From the NCBI GenBank assembly GCA_964016885.1, contig OZ024741.1:47244001-47308000 (forward strand): a DNA stretch of 64,000 bases. Reading direction: 5' to 3'. The DNA comes from Eledone cirrhosa (Eukaryota). Shown here in pieces: positions 39,069 to 51,123 of the stretch (positions are counted from its first letter, which is position 1; each line of letters opens with the position of its first letter). The position numbers and the translations under genes are program-made. A model generated the notes under the pieces. The model had not been told where the DNA came from and did no database searches. It saw only the letters and a list, made by a program, of their open reading frames with translations.

Positions 39069-39231
39069 ATATATGTGACTTTATTTTATGACTTATGCGG
39101 TATGTGTATGTTGGGTGGAGTTATTAGCAGGATCATGATTTTCGTTTGCTTGAGTTCGTGGATAGCATGGGTTGAGTTTAGATTTCTTTACATTCTGGCA
39201 TGTAATTTACTAAACTATATATGCCTTGTCA

Positions 39232-39541
39232 AGGATGCGGTCCAGGGTGATGTGCAAAGACACACTCTGACGTGCAAGATCCCAGTGAACAGAATGGAAA
39301 AAGTGTTGCCTCTGAGGATTTTGAGATATAGCGGGTCAAATGGTAGTATAGATGTTTGGTTGTGTTGGGATGTGGTGTTGATTCTATTGTTGTGTATGCT
39401 CACTTGAAGATTGCTCAGGTGTGTGGTCACTGTTGTGTGAGTGAAGGCGAGAGAAGCTTGGTGTGCCTGATACAGTGTGACCAGAAATTGCGTGTGTGCA
39501 AGTAAGTGAGTAACAGTGTTCATTAAAATGATGATGATGAT
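39232..39541 (+). mobile_element. RTE-like 3' end fragment
   Basis: Ends in ttaaaa(TGA)n like the other RTE tails. Confidence 0.45.
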
Positions 39542-40689
39542 GGGATGGTTCCTTGATCACGTAGGAAATGAAATATATAAAAACCACGATAACCCAAAAC
39601 CGCTATGTTACTGATTTATTAAACATAACTCACGCCGACGTTATATGACAAAACACGAGGAAGAAATAAACATAGATGAATTGTGTGTTTAGATGATGTG
39701 TAAACGTTTGTTTGCAGAGGTATTATTAAAATGTATTTACCAAAACGTCTGTTGATGTGAAGCATTTCGTTGGCTTGGTCAAGAGAGGCCAAAAGAGAAA
39801 GAGAGACCCAGAGGGTCTGTATAAATCCGTGGACTGACTACATGTTAACTCTCAGAATTATTCTCCGCGACTCTACTGGCTTGACCGAGAACCGTCTATT
39901 TATGAATATCGCTTTCTTTATCTCCCTGACTTGAGAACAAGCAGGTGACTTTATGTTAAAAGGACATACATATTGGCGCTCAAAACCCATTCAGAATGTA
40001 AACTTATCATTGAGGCCACAAAGGTCAGCTACTATGGTAGCCGATTTGTCAGTGTAAGATAATTGAAACGGAACTCTAGTGGAAAGAGTATCAAATTGCT
40101 GCTACAGAGAGCCACATTGGAATAGTGACTCGAACTCGCAGAGCTCGCTCTTACAGGTGGCTAAATCTACCCCGATAGCAGTAAGGATGTTGTCCTGGGG
40201 CAAAGAATGCCGGAAGTTTCCACCACAAAAAGATAAACCTATTGGAGAGCGGCCAATACTTTGACAACTTTTCGGCTTGTTGGGCAACGAAGCTTGGGTC
40301 AGTCGCAGAAGGCACCAAGTTGCCACTGGAGAAAGTGTTGTATCCCAGATGAAGGGCTTACCACCGCAGAACAGAAGACTCTTTAGGAAATAAATATCGG
40401 TGTACATGCAACATAATATAAAAGACAGTAAATACCGGTGTGTGTGTGGTAATAAAGTTTTTACTTCATGGAAGTCAAAAGGCATTAAATATAAGGGTTT
40501 GTTACCCAATGGTCATAATACAAGGCTGAAGTTGGTAGAAACATCTTAGGCTCTCATCTCAGGCTGCAAGCTGCATTGTGCTTGGTAACGAAAGGGTCGT
40601 CAAGAAGGAATCACAAGCTATGGTCGAAGGTGTTACCACTTCAGGAATCAGGAGGCGAGAGAGAGATTTCGTGGTAAACCGCTCCTTTT

Positions 40690-41345
40690 ATATCTGTTGA
40701 CCGGAAGTGACCACCAGGGAGTCTGGTCAATCCCAAAGGGAAGCAACTCCACCTACTTCCTGTCTAGAGAGCAGTGATGAGCTTGTCATGGCAGGGGAGG
40801 TAACTCTTACTACATTATCTCCCGCCAGATTTTTAAAACATAAAAATCGAAATAAGCATGCATGGAGTAAGATGGCGAGCATGTAAGAGGCATGAAAACT
40901 ATGGTACAGAGTAATGGAAGTAAGAGAAGAGGTCAAAAGTTCAAATATCTAAAATACAGTTAACATGTGTGCAGTCACATGACAGCAGTAAAGAATGTGT
41001 TCCAGAGAATGAATGCAGATGGTTTCTGGTCTGTGGTATAACATGAAATGTCCAACTTCCGAAGGTAATTTCTCACAGGCAGAGTGCTGCAGAAATAAAT
41101 TGTCTGGCTTGTTCTGCTGGTTTTAGTTGTTGATGAAGCTGTGTTGTTGTCGTTGATGTTGTGAATGCGTTGACCTGGAAGGGTCAAGAGGCCAGCGACC
41201 AGAGAAATAAGCATTCTTAATAAATGCGCGGTTATCAACGGTAAATTCACGTGGTAAATTTATAAACCGGCAAATAGAAGAATATAGCTTAAAATGTTCG
41301 TTGTAAAGGAAACGAAAAACATATATATATATACATCCAGTGAAA
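40690..41345. repeat. Left arm of a long diverged inverted repeat (partner 45680-46870)
   Basis: 40975-41295 is the reverse complement of ~46100-46525, 40760-40960 of 46530-46830, and 41293-41332 of 45688-45724. Roughly 80% identity by eye, with indels. Confidence 0.85.
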
Positions 41346-41424
41346 TGGTAATGAGAGGTACATTGCAATACAATAAATCAATAAATAACAAGAACAGCAA
41401 AAAAAAAATATATATATATATATA

Positions 41425-44400
41425 AGGCTCCAATGGCCAGTTCACATAAAAATAGTTTGGCAGAACTTTTTGGGCCAGTGTACTCTCCGACAGGAACGGA
41501 TCGTAGTCTTGTATGTAGGTGAAGGTGGGGCAGAAGGAGCAGGTGTATGCACAAGAGAGAAAGATTGGGGTATTTGTGGCTCGGGTGTATGAGCGTCATT
41601 GTGTGCCCTTTTCAGTCTATCCACCGAAATTGTCTCTCTGGACCCCTTAACGTCTACAGTGAAATGTTTGTCAGTGCGTGCTAACACACGGTAGGGTCCA
41701 GAGTATGGTTGTGTGAGGGGTGGTCTCACAGCATCGTTCCTTACGAACACATGGGTCCACGAGGCAATGTCCCTCGGGACCGCAGGTTTTACAGTTTGCT
41801 TCCTCGTATCCATCGGCGGCAGGTCCTGTAAATAAGAACGCAGACGGGATACGTAGGAAAGCGGATCTTGGAAAGCAAGATCAACAGGGGCGAGCATTTG
41901 CCCAGGCAACGCTAGAGGAGCACCGTAAATTAATTCGGCCGGGGAGAACCCAAGGTCCTCCTTTATTGATGACCGAATTCCTAATAACACAAAAGGAAGG
42001 TACTCGCTCCAACGTTGAGAGTCTGGATAGGCGCGAAGAGCGGTCTTTAATTGGCGGTGGAATCGCTCCACCATTCCATTTGAAGCAGGATGATAGGCTG
42101 TGGTCCGAATCCGTTGAGCTCCAATTATTTTGGTGAGCTCAGAGAAGAGATGGGACTCGAATTGTCTACCGCGGTCTGTGATGAGTGTAGTTGGTACCCC
42201 AAAGCGGGTAATCCACCCTGATACCAGGGCACGTGCTACAGTCTCAGCAGTCATTTCTTGTAAAGAGATGGCTTCAGGCCATCACGAAAAACGATCGACA
42301 CACGTCAATATGTAGGAATGTCCACTGCTGAATGGCCAAGGTCCAACGATGTCAATGTGGATGTGTTGGAACCGAGCATCTGGAGTGGTGAAAGTACCCA
42401 GTGGAGTCCGGATGTGTCTATGGATCTTCGATTTCTGGCAAGCGATAGAGGAACGGCACCAAGCAGCAATGTCGCGCCTCATGTTAGGCCAGAAGAATCT
42501 GGCTGTTATGAGTTTAACTGTGGCAGCAGATCCTGGATGAGAAATGTTGTGCAGAGCCAGGAACACAATTCGACGGTGAGTCTCAGGAACAAGTGGTCGT
42601 GGTGCATCAGTGGATACATCACAAAGAATCTGCCTGTCGGTGGTGGACAAGGGCAGATATTTGAAAATGCAAGTCGCAAATTCAGTAGAAAGAGTGTCCA
42701 ACGATTGGAGTGCAGGTTGGTCTGCAGCTAAACGACCTAAATCGATATCCTGGGATGACGAGATGGAGCTAATTGGCAAACGTGATAATGCGTCTGCAAC
42801 TATGTTGTGCGAGCCGGCAATGTGCTGGATATCGTTTGTAAATTGTGAAACGTAGTCCAGGTGCCTTGTCTCTCTGGGCGAATATCTGTCGGCTTTGGCC
42901 CTCAAAGCGAAGGTCAACGGTTTGTGGTCGGTAAAAACCGTAAAATTTCTCCCCTCAAGGATATGGGAGAAATGTTTCACCGACAGATATATGGCTAACA
43001 ATTCCCGCCCAAACGTGCTATAACGCGTTTCTGCTGGTTTCAACTTCCTCGAGAAAAATGCCAAAGGTTGTTGGTTTTCAGCGTAAGACTGCTGTAAAAC
43101 TGCTCCCACAGCGGTATCAGATGCATCAACACAAAGCGAAAGCTTGGCCTCTGGTACCGGGTGGGCTAGCAAAGAAGAACTAGCGAGGGCTGTCTTGGCA
43201 GACTGGAAGTCCTGAAGCTGTCCTTGTGTCAAGGAAATGTCTTCATTCTTCTTACGACGATTTTTTAAAATGTCAGTAAAGGAAGATAGCCAATTAGCAC
43301 AATGAGGAATGAAACGCCTATAGAAATTGATTAGGCCTAAGAAGTGACGCAACTGGTGAAGTGTAGTAGGCGGCGGTAACTCCTGTATGGCTTGAACTCG
43401 CTGAGGGAGCGGCCTAATACCTTCGGCGTCGATGAGGTGGCCTAAAAAATGTAGGGAAGTGGAACCGAAAACACACTTTGCAGGATTCACGCAAACGCGG
43501 TAATCCTGAAGTCGCCGAAGTAAGAGAAGCATGTGGCGCATATGCTCTTCCGGAGAGGAACTAGCGACGAGAATATCGTCTATGTAAGCATAGACGAAGT
43601 CCAGACCACGCATGACCTCGTCTATGAACCGCTGAAAAGTGCTAGCGGCGTTCCTGAGTCCGAAAGGCATGGTCAAAAATTCGAATGATCCGAAAGGGGT
43701 TGTAATCGCAGTTTTCGGAATATCCTCCTTCCTGACCGGAATTTGGTGGTAGGCTCGCACTAAATCTAACTTAGAAAAAATCTTACACGCCTGCAGTGAA
43801 GATGCAAAATCGTGGAGATGGGGAATGGGATACCTATCCGGGACGGTCATGGCATTTAACCTCCTATAATCCCCCGTGGGTCTCCAGTCACCGGAAGTCT
43901 TGGGCACCATGTGTAACGGTGAAGCCCAAGGACTCGTAGATGGGCGAATAATGCCCAGCTGCAGCATATGGTCGAACTCGGACCGTGCTGCCTTTAATTT
44001 TTCCATCGGTAAGCGGCGTGGACGCGAAAACACTGGGGCACCGGTGGTGGAAACGAAATGTTCGGTCGAGTGTGCTGGGTCAGTGACTCGAAAATTTCCA
44101 TTCGTGAGCTCCGGGAAAGAACCCAGTAACGCATGGTAAGCGTCACCAGCGGCAGCGATAAAGAACACGGGGCTGACTATTGGGGCATTGGCTTCCTGGC
44201 CATGAATTGAAAAGCGGGTGATGTTATCCACCAGGCGTTGGCCACGGACGTCCACAGTTAAAGAGAAGTTGTGGAGGAAATCCGCTCCTAAGATGGGATA
44301 TGGCAAATCGGCAACCGTAAAAATCCACTTAAAATCCCTTCGAAGATTTATGAATTTAAGAGGGAGCGAGATTTGCCCGTACGTCTTTATAGACGAGTGG

Positions 44401-45680
44401 TTAACTGCCTGCAGCGTAACAGATGACTCTATGGGGGTATCTTTCAGGCAATGGACCGGCCAGATACTACAGGAGGCTCCTGTATCCACGAGGAAACCTC
44501 TTCCGGATATTAGGTCCTTAATGAAGAAATGGCGGTTTGGTGGCTTTATGTTGAGGCCATCTGTCCCCATCAGAGGACCTCTTATGCGTTTCCCGCCTTA
44601 TGATAGGAGCAAGGTTGCACGCAGTGCTTCGCGTTCTCAGCGAATCGCTCGTGGTACCAACATAGGGATGAAGCTGGTGATTTGGAACGCCGTCTGAAAC
44701 TTTGCGATCTCCCGCGACTGCGGGAGCGCGAACAGCCACCACACAAGGCCTTCATCTTGTGGAGCTCCATGGTGAGCTCCTGAATGGACCTTTGCATCGC
44801 AATGATAGTCGAGCTGTCTGTTGGCGCTGCCGCGTAGATCGCATGGCCGTGTGTGGCCCGAGCTGGGTGTTGAACAGCGGCGAGGGGGTCGCTGTCTCCG
44901 GCATTCGTCACCTCGAAAATTTTGTCCGCCGATGAGGCAAGCTGCTCAACCGTGCTTGAATCCCTCATGGGGGCCAAAATTGCCTGTACGTTTGTCGGCA
45001 GGCGCGAAAAGAACAACTGCTTCAGCAGGACAGTTTCCGCTGCAGACCCCTCCGTTAGGTCCTTCATTCGCCTAAGGAGGTTCGATGGGGTGCCATCCCC
45101 TATATGCTCCAGGTGGACCAGAGCCCTAAATCTCTTCTCTGACGACTGTTCTGTCCGGCTGAGTATTTCAGCCTTCAGAGACGTGTACGACGATTCTGTC
45201 GTTGCCTCTAACACGAGGTCCTTGACCGCTGGGAGAATTGCCGGCGGAATTGCGCTGAGGACCACAGAATGTTGTAGTTCCTCGTCGACTCTGTTCGCCC
45301 TGAAGAAAGCTTCTAACTGCGAGAACCATAACCTTACGTTGCCCGTGTACGTTGGCAGAACAGAGTGGGAAGCCATTGGTATGCCGTAGTAATCTACCGT
45401 TTGGGAAAAATGTCTCTAAGGTAACAGAAAATGAAAACTAAATTCTTTCGTCAGACCACCCTGACGTGATACCAACACGCAGCCGTTCATTGTTATAAGT
45501 GGTCACCCCGAAAAAAGAAAAAAATAGCAGAATCCGGTGTTGTGTGAGTAACATTACGAATACACAGCAAATTTATTGACAAACTATGAAAATACTCAGT
45601 CAAAGAAACGAACACACCACGCACATGTGAAATTCGCGTTCAGACAGACTTTTTCTCTCACGCATCAACTAACTGTCGCA
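41425..45680 (-). mobile_element. Ty3/Gypsy element 1 (gag 44582-45376; pol 42282-44570; integrase C-terminus 41442-42254), no direct-repeat LTR pair
   Basis: Gag has WFSQLEAFF and a CWYH..F...A..C..PC knuckle. Protease [14 protein letters not shown], RNase H DAS..AVGAVL, integrase HHCC, DDE and GPY. One stop at 42282. GGGAAAC slippery site at 44588-44594. Confidence 0.95.
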
Positions 45681-46870
45681 TTTCACGATATATATATATG
45701 TTTCTCGTTTCTTACAACGAACACTTTCAAAACAAAAAAAAAAAAGAAATTTGATATTTTTTAAAAAACATTTCAACAGGAAAATTTATTTTCGATGAAC
45801 CCTTGCCTTTTTTTTTTTTTCATCGTTTTCTTCATCGTTCAAGTTTTTTTTTCAAAGTTCACACCAATAATTATGCTAAGTGAAGCCTTTCTTTTTCATC
45901 ATTGTCACTTTCACACTTGCACTATCATTTTCTATCACTTTCACACTTGCACTATCATTAGAAATATTATTTTTTTAAACCTAACTTAACCTTGTATTGG
46001 CACGTGTAGGCAGCACAAATTCTCAACTCACAGAGATATCTCGACTCACAGAGATAGCCGCACGCCAGAGATAACGTTTCTCGCCAAGGATTCTTCAGCC
46101 TTAAGCTATATTCTCCTATTTGCCGGTTTAAAAATTTACCACGTAAATTTGCCGTTGAAAACTGCGCATTTATTCAGAATGCTTATTTCTTTGGTCGCTG
46201 GCCTCTTGACCCTTCCAGGTCAACGCATTCTCAACATCGACCATCAACTTCGGCTGTTATTTCTAGCACTTTGCGCAACTCATTTTTTCTGAAAAAATTT
46301 TTTTTACTGTAAATTTAAACACCGAATACGCTCACTCCGCGAGACAGCAACACAGCTTCACCAACAACTAAAACCAGCAGAACAAGCCAGAGAATTTATT
46401 TTTGCAGCACTCTTCCTGTGAGAAAATCCATTCGGAGGTTGGAAATTTCACGATATACCACAGAACAGAAACCACCTGCATTCATTCTCTGGAACACACT
46501 TTCTTTCCTGCTGTCATGTGATTGCACACCTGTGAACTATATTTTGTACATTTGAACTTTGAGCTCTTCTCTTACTCTATTACATTGTATCTTTGGGTGA
46601 TGGATAGATAGAGGTCCAGTCGTTCTCTGGCCAAGAGCGGTTGGCTACCTTGACATCTATCATTGATTTTTGTCGTAATTTTCATGCCTGTTACAACATT
46701 CTCGCCAACTTGCTACATATTTCATTCGATTTTTATATTCTAAAATTCTGGCGGGAGGTTATGTAGCAGTGGCCTCCCTTGTTGTGACTCACAACCCCAA
46801 TAGATTAACAACATCTAGACGGGAAGCAGAACCCTTTCTGTAACATCCGGTCAGAACCCTATAAAACTAA
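45680..46870. repeat. Right arm of the long inverted repeat
   Basis: See left arm. Has extra inserts (~45725-46100, ~46245-46345, ~46590-46670) and TATAAAA at ~46860. Confidence 0.8.
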
Positions 46871-47560
46871 CAACTTTAAGTTCTCACCCTCTCATTAGCC
46901 CTTCCGGCGCCTGGCCTTCGCCAGGCGTCTTCTGCCAGCCTGCGTTTGCCTGGCAATCAAAACGGTAACTACTAACTTTGCTTCATTCTTTCGTTTATTC
47001 ATTGACATGTCAACTATACTGTTAAATTGTTGATTAAATATTATACACACAAACCATGTCTGCTTGTTACATTCATACACACCGAGTTCTTCGCTATAAC
47101 TCCCATCAAAGAAAACTTCGAGCACCCCCACTTTCCGTTCTCAGAGAAGTCCATTGCGAGTGAGTTGAAGGTCAGATTAATAGAAAAACACACGGAAAAA
47201 CCTAGGGAAAAACAAAACAATACCTCACAGAACCCCAGTGAGTGATTTTCTATAAATATACCATTTCGTCTACCTGTTGATGGTAGCGCATGTGTTTGCA
47301 GCAGGGGCCTCGTTTGCCTTTAACATCTGAGGGAGACAAACCAACGTTTGTTGATTCGTAAAGGAGCATGTTAGTATTGTTTATGGTGCCTTTCCCGGGC
47401 CCTATCACATAAGCAAAATTTTACGCTAATTAAATTTTTTAAATGAAGTTCAGATATGAAAGAAAAAAAAGCTTTAAAAGAATCTATTATATCAAATAAA
47501 CAGAAAATAAAACATAGACGTTTGAATAAAAAAAAAAATATAAAGTAAATTTATTGTCTT

Positions 47561-49893
47561 TTAGAACTTTCCAAATGTATTATATCTCGCATCATTGCTG
47601 TCAATAAATAATGTAGCAGCTTCTTCACAACTAATCTTTTTCAAAACATCTCTATGAACGTGGCATATTAGAATATGATTTTGCTGAGTCATAGTCGAAC
47701 GCAGCCAAGTTTTGAGTCTACGCAGAGCGCTAAAAGATCTTTCTGCTTCACAAGAACTGGTTGGAAACACTAAAAGTAGCTTGAGCAATCGCTCAACATT
47801 TGGAAACATGCGACGGACTTCTGGTTGCATTTCACCGAATATTTTACGATGATCCTCGAGAGATGATCCACTATGATGATTTCTATAAAAAAATATTTCG
47901 TTCCTTAAAGAAAATTCATCAAGCTCTGGATACTGCATGATCACTTCAGCACAAACATTTCCATTGAGTAAAATATTGTTGTTTTTCATAATCTGATAAA
48001 TCCTGTGAAAAAAAATAATCTTTCAAATTTGATATTGCAGTATCCACTACCTGCAAATACTGCACTCTGTAATGATCCAAAACAGTGCAGTGTTGATATT
48101 TTAACGCATTTCCTTCCTAATATCTTTTAGGAACTTTTCGTTGCCTGGGTAGCTCCAAAGGAGAAATATCGAGTTGATAAATCATTTTTTCTGCTGTATT
48201 GAACAGCTCCTGAAATTTTTCTTCACTGCTTAGATTTTTTAGCTCCTCCAGCAACAGTTTGACACTCTGCAACATGCCACCTAGATTAATGGATCTACTA
48301 CATGCAATCCAAGAACACATTGGCCAGCAGAGAGACACGTAAGAATACCATTAGCTCTGGATGCAATGTTGGTGCCAAACTCATTTGTTGCCTCTTGTAA
48401 AGAAATGAGGAGATCTGGATAATTTTCAAGAAGGGCTTTGACTGCAGAACGTCGTGTTAGCCATTGAGTAGGGCACACAGGTTTCAAGGAGCGTGGTGAC
48501 GATACTTCATTTTCTTCATCATGTTGTGATAAATACGCGTGCTTAAATTTCCCTGATGTACTATATAGTTTTCGCCAATTCATTCATGTAATCAAGAGCA
48601 TTTTTGATAAATGAAGTTTGTTGAACGGACTTAGTTATAATAAGTTGAGAAATATGAGCACCGCAGTGCATGTAATGGGCCAGGGGCTGAATCTTCTTTA
48701 TTTCTGCTTCACAACCAAGATGTTCACCTGCCATATTGGCTGCACCATCGAGATTGTCTGGCATCGAAGATTTTGAATTGGTAATTGAAGGCGTGGAAGT
48801 ACATCAAGAATCATTTGATAAAGAGATTTACCAGTTGTACTATCTATATTGTAGATTCCTTAATTTCATCTTCTTTAATTTCAAAACAATCATTCACATA
48901 ACGAAAACAAATGACCTCCTGTTCCTTACCCTGAATATCTTGTGTACCATTAATAATTATTCAAAACTGCTTAGATTCTTTGTTAATTTTCTTTATTATG
49001 CCTTTCAAAACCACATAGCTCATTGTTTTTAAAATATCATTTTGGATTTCAGCACTGGCGTAGCTGTGTTTTCTGTTCAACCAAACTCTTAGCTCATGTA
49101 CATCTGCACATCGAAGATTTAATAGCTCCATGAAGTTGCCCTCATCACTAGGCTTTCCTTGAATTGCCAGCCCTTGCTTGGCTAAATACTTCAAAGAAGA
49201 TATTATCTTAAGCAAAGCGTGCCTTGATTTATCACCACGGTGGGCTTGGTTCAAGTTTGACCGTATACTTTCTTGTTTCTTTTTGAAAAGGATGTTAGAT
49301 ATTGCAAGTTTATGGCGTTTGACTTTTCATGAGAAACAAATTTTTCGTGTGCCTTTTTCCAGTTTTTGAAGCCTCTTAAAATGAAAGTATTATCAGAGCA
49401 TTTAGCCAAGCTTATTAGTTTGTTTTGATGTGCATATGAACAAGTGTGACAAACAACTCCCTTCAATCTAGCATCATAATGCAGCCAATTATAAGCCTGG
49501 AAGCATTTTGATTGAAACTTCAGTGTCTTGTTTGGCAGTTTTTGAACAGGTATCACAGTCATATCTGGATGATAAGGTTATATCGGTATAAAGCAGCTTT
49601 CATAACGTTCAGCAAGTTCAATTACGGTGGAAGTTGAGGGAGATACAGTATCTTGGCTTGATTTTTTTTAGCACTTTTTTTTTTTAGCTTTCCTGAGAAA
49701 GAACATTATTATTTTCATGATCAATTGGTATATGGAAGCTTTCATTACGTTCAGCAGGTTCATAAGAAATGATGGAAGTTGAGGGAGACACAAGATCTTG
49801 GTTTGATTTTTCTGTATTCCTTGTTTTGGAGTTTTCTTGAGAAAGAACAGTATCATTTTCACGACTACGATTAAAATATCCACGAATATCCAT
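47561..49893 (-). pseudogene. Decayed hAT transposase (ZMYM1-like: TTF zinc finger, DUF4371-like core, hAT dimerisation domain)
   Basis: WLHYD....V.C..C...F...GF.NWK.A...F..HE.S; LAKQGLA..G....GNF.ELL; DGAANMAG; HCGAH; CPT.W; FPN...LL...PTSSCEAERSFSALRRLKTWLRSTM. Multiple frameshifts. Confidence 0.92.
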
Positions 49894-50242
49894 TTCAAAT
49901 CAAGTTATGTTAAAATCTTTTTTTTTAAATCTTTTTAAAACACTCGTACGAATTAAATACAAAAAATGTTCAGTCCAAACAAAAGTAAACTATTTCAAAT
50001 TATATATTTTTGAAAAATAGACGTGAATGTTCTCAAAGACTTGATCTAAGTCGAAAAAGCTTTTTTTTAAATTCTATATTTCACTGTTAGCTGTTGCAAT
50101 ATTTTGATTGGATAGACAATTCTACAATTCAAACTGTAAAATCAAAATACCAAAGATGCAAAATATGAAGAATTTCTTACCTTTCTCTGAAATCACAAAC
50201 TCAGGGAAAATAGTACCTTGCAACGAATGAATTGAGATGCTT

Positions 50243-50310
<68 letters not shown>

Positions 50311-50522
50311 CTGGAGACAAATTCTTTCTGTACCAAAAACAAGGCACACACACACACACACAAACTTGCGTGTGTGTGTGTGTGTGTGTGTGCCTTGTTT
50401 TTTTGGTACAGAAAGAATTTTGTCTCCAGGTTTTATTGCCAGGTCAAAGGCCACTGCTCTGGGTACAAAGTAATATATTCCTTCCATATACTGTACCGAT
50501 TGTGTTGTTATTTCTGTTTATC

Positions 50523-51088
<566 letters not shown>

Positions 51089-51090
51089 AT

Positions 51091-51123
51091 TGGTAACCCC
51101 CGACGTGATTCGAACACGCAACC
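51091..51123 (+). promoter_or_regulatory. Primer-binding site complementary to the tRNA-Trp 3' end, extended to ~33 nt
   Basis: TGGTAACCCCCGACGTGATTCGAACACGCAACC versus the metazoan tRNA-Trp(CCA) complement TGGTGACCCCGACGTGATTTGAACACGCAACC (recalled from memory). Confidence 0.85.
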
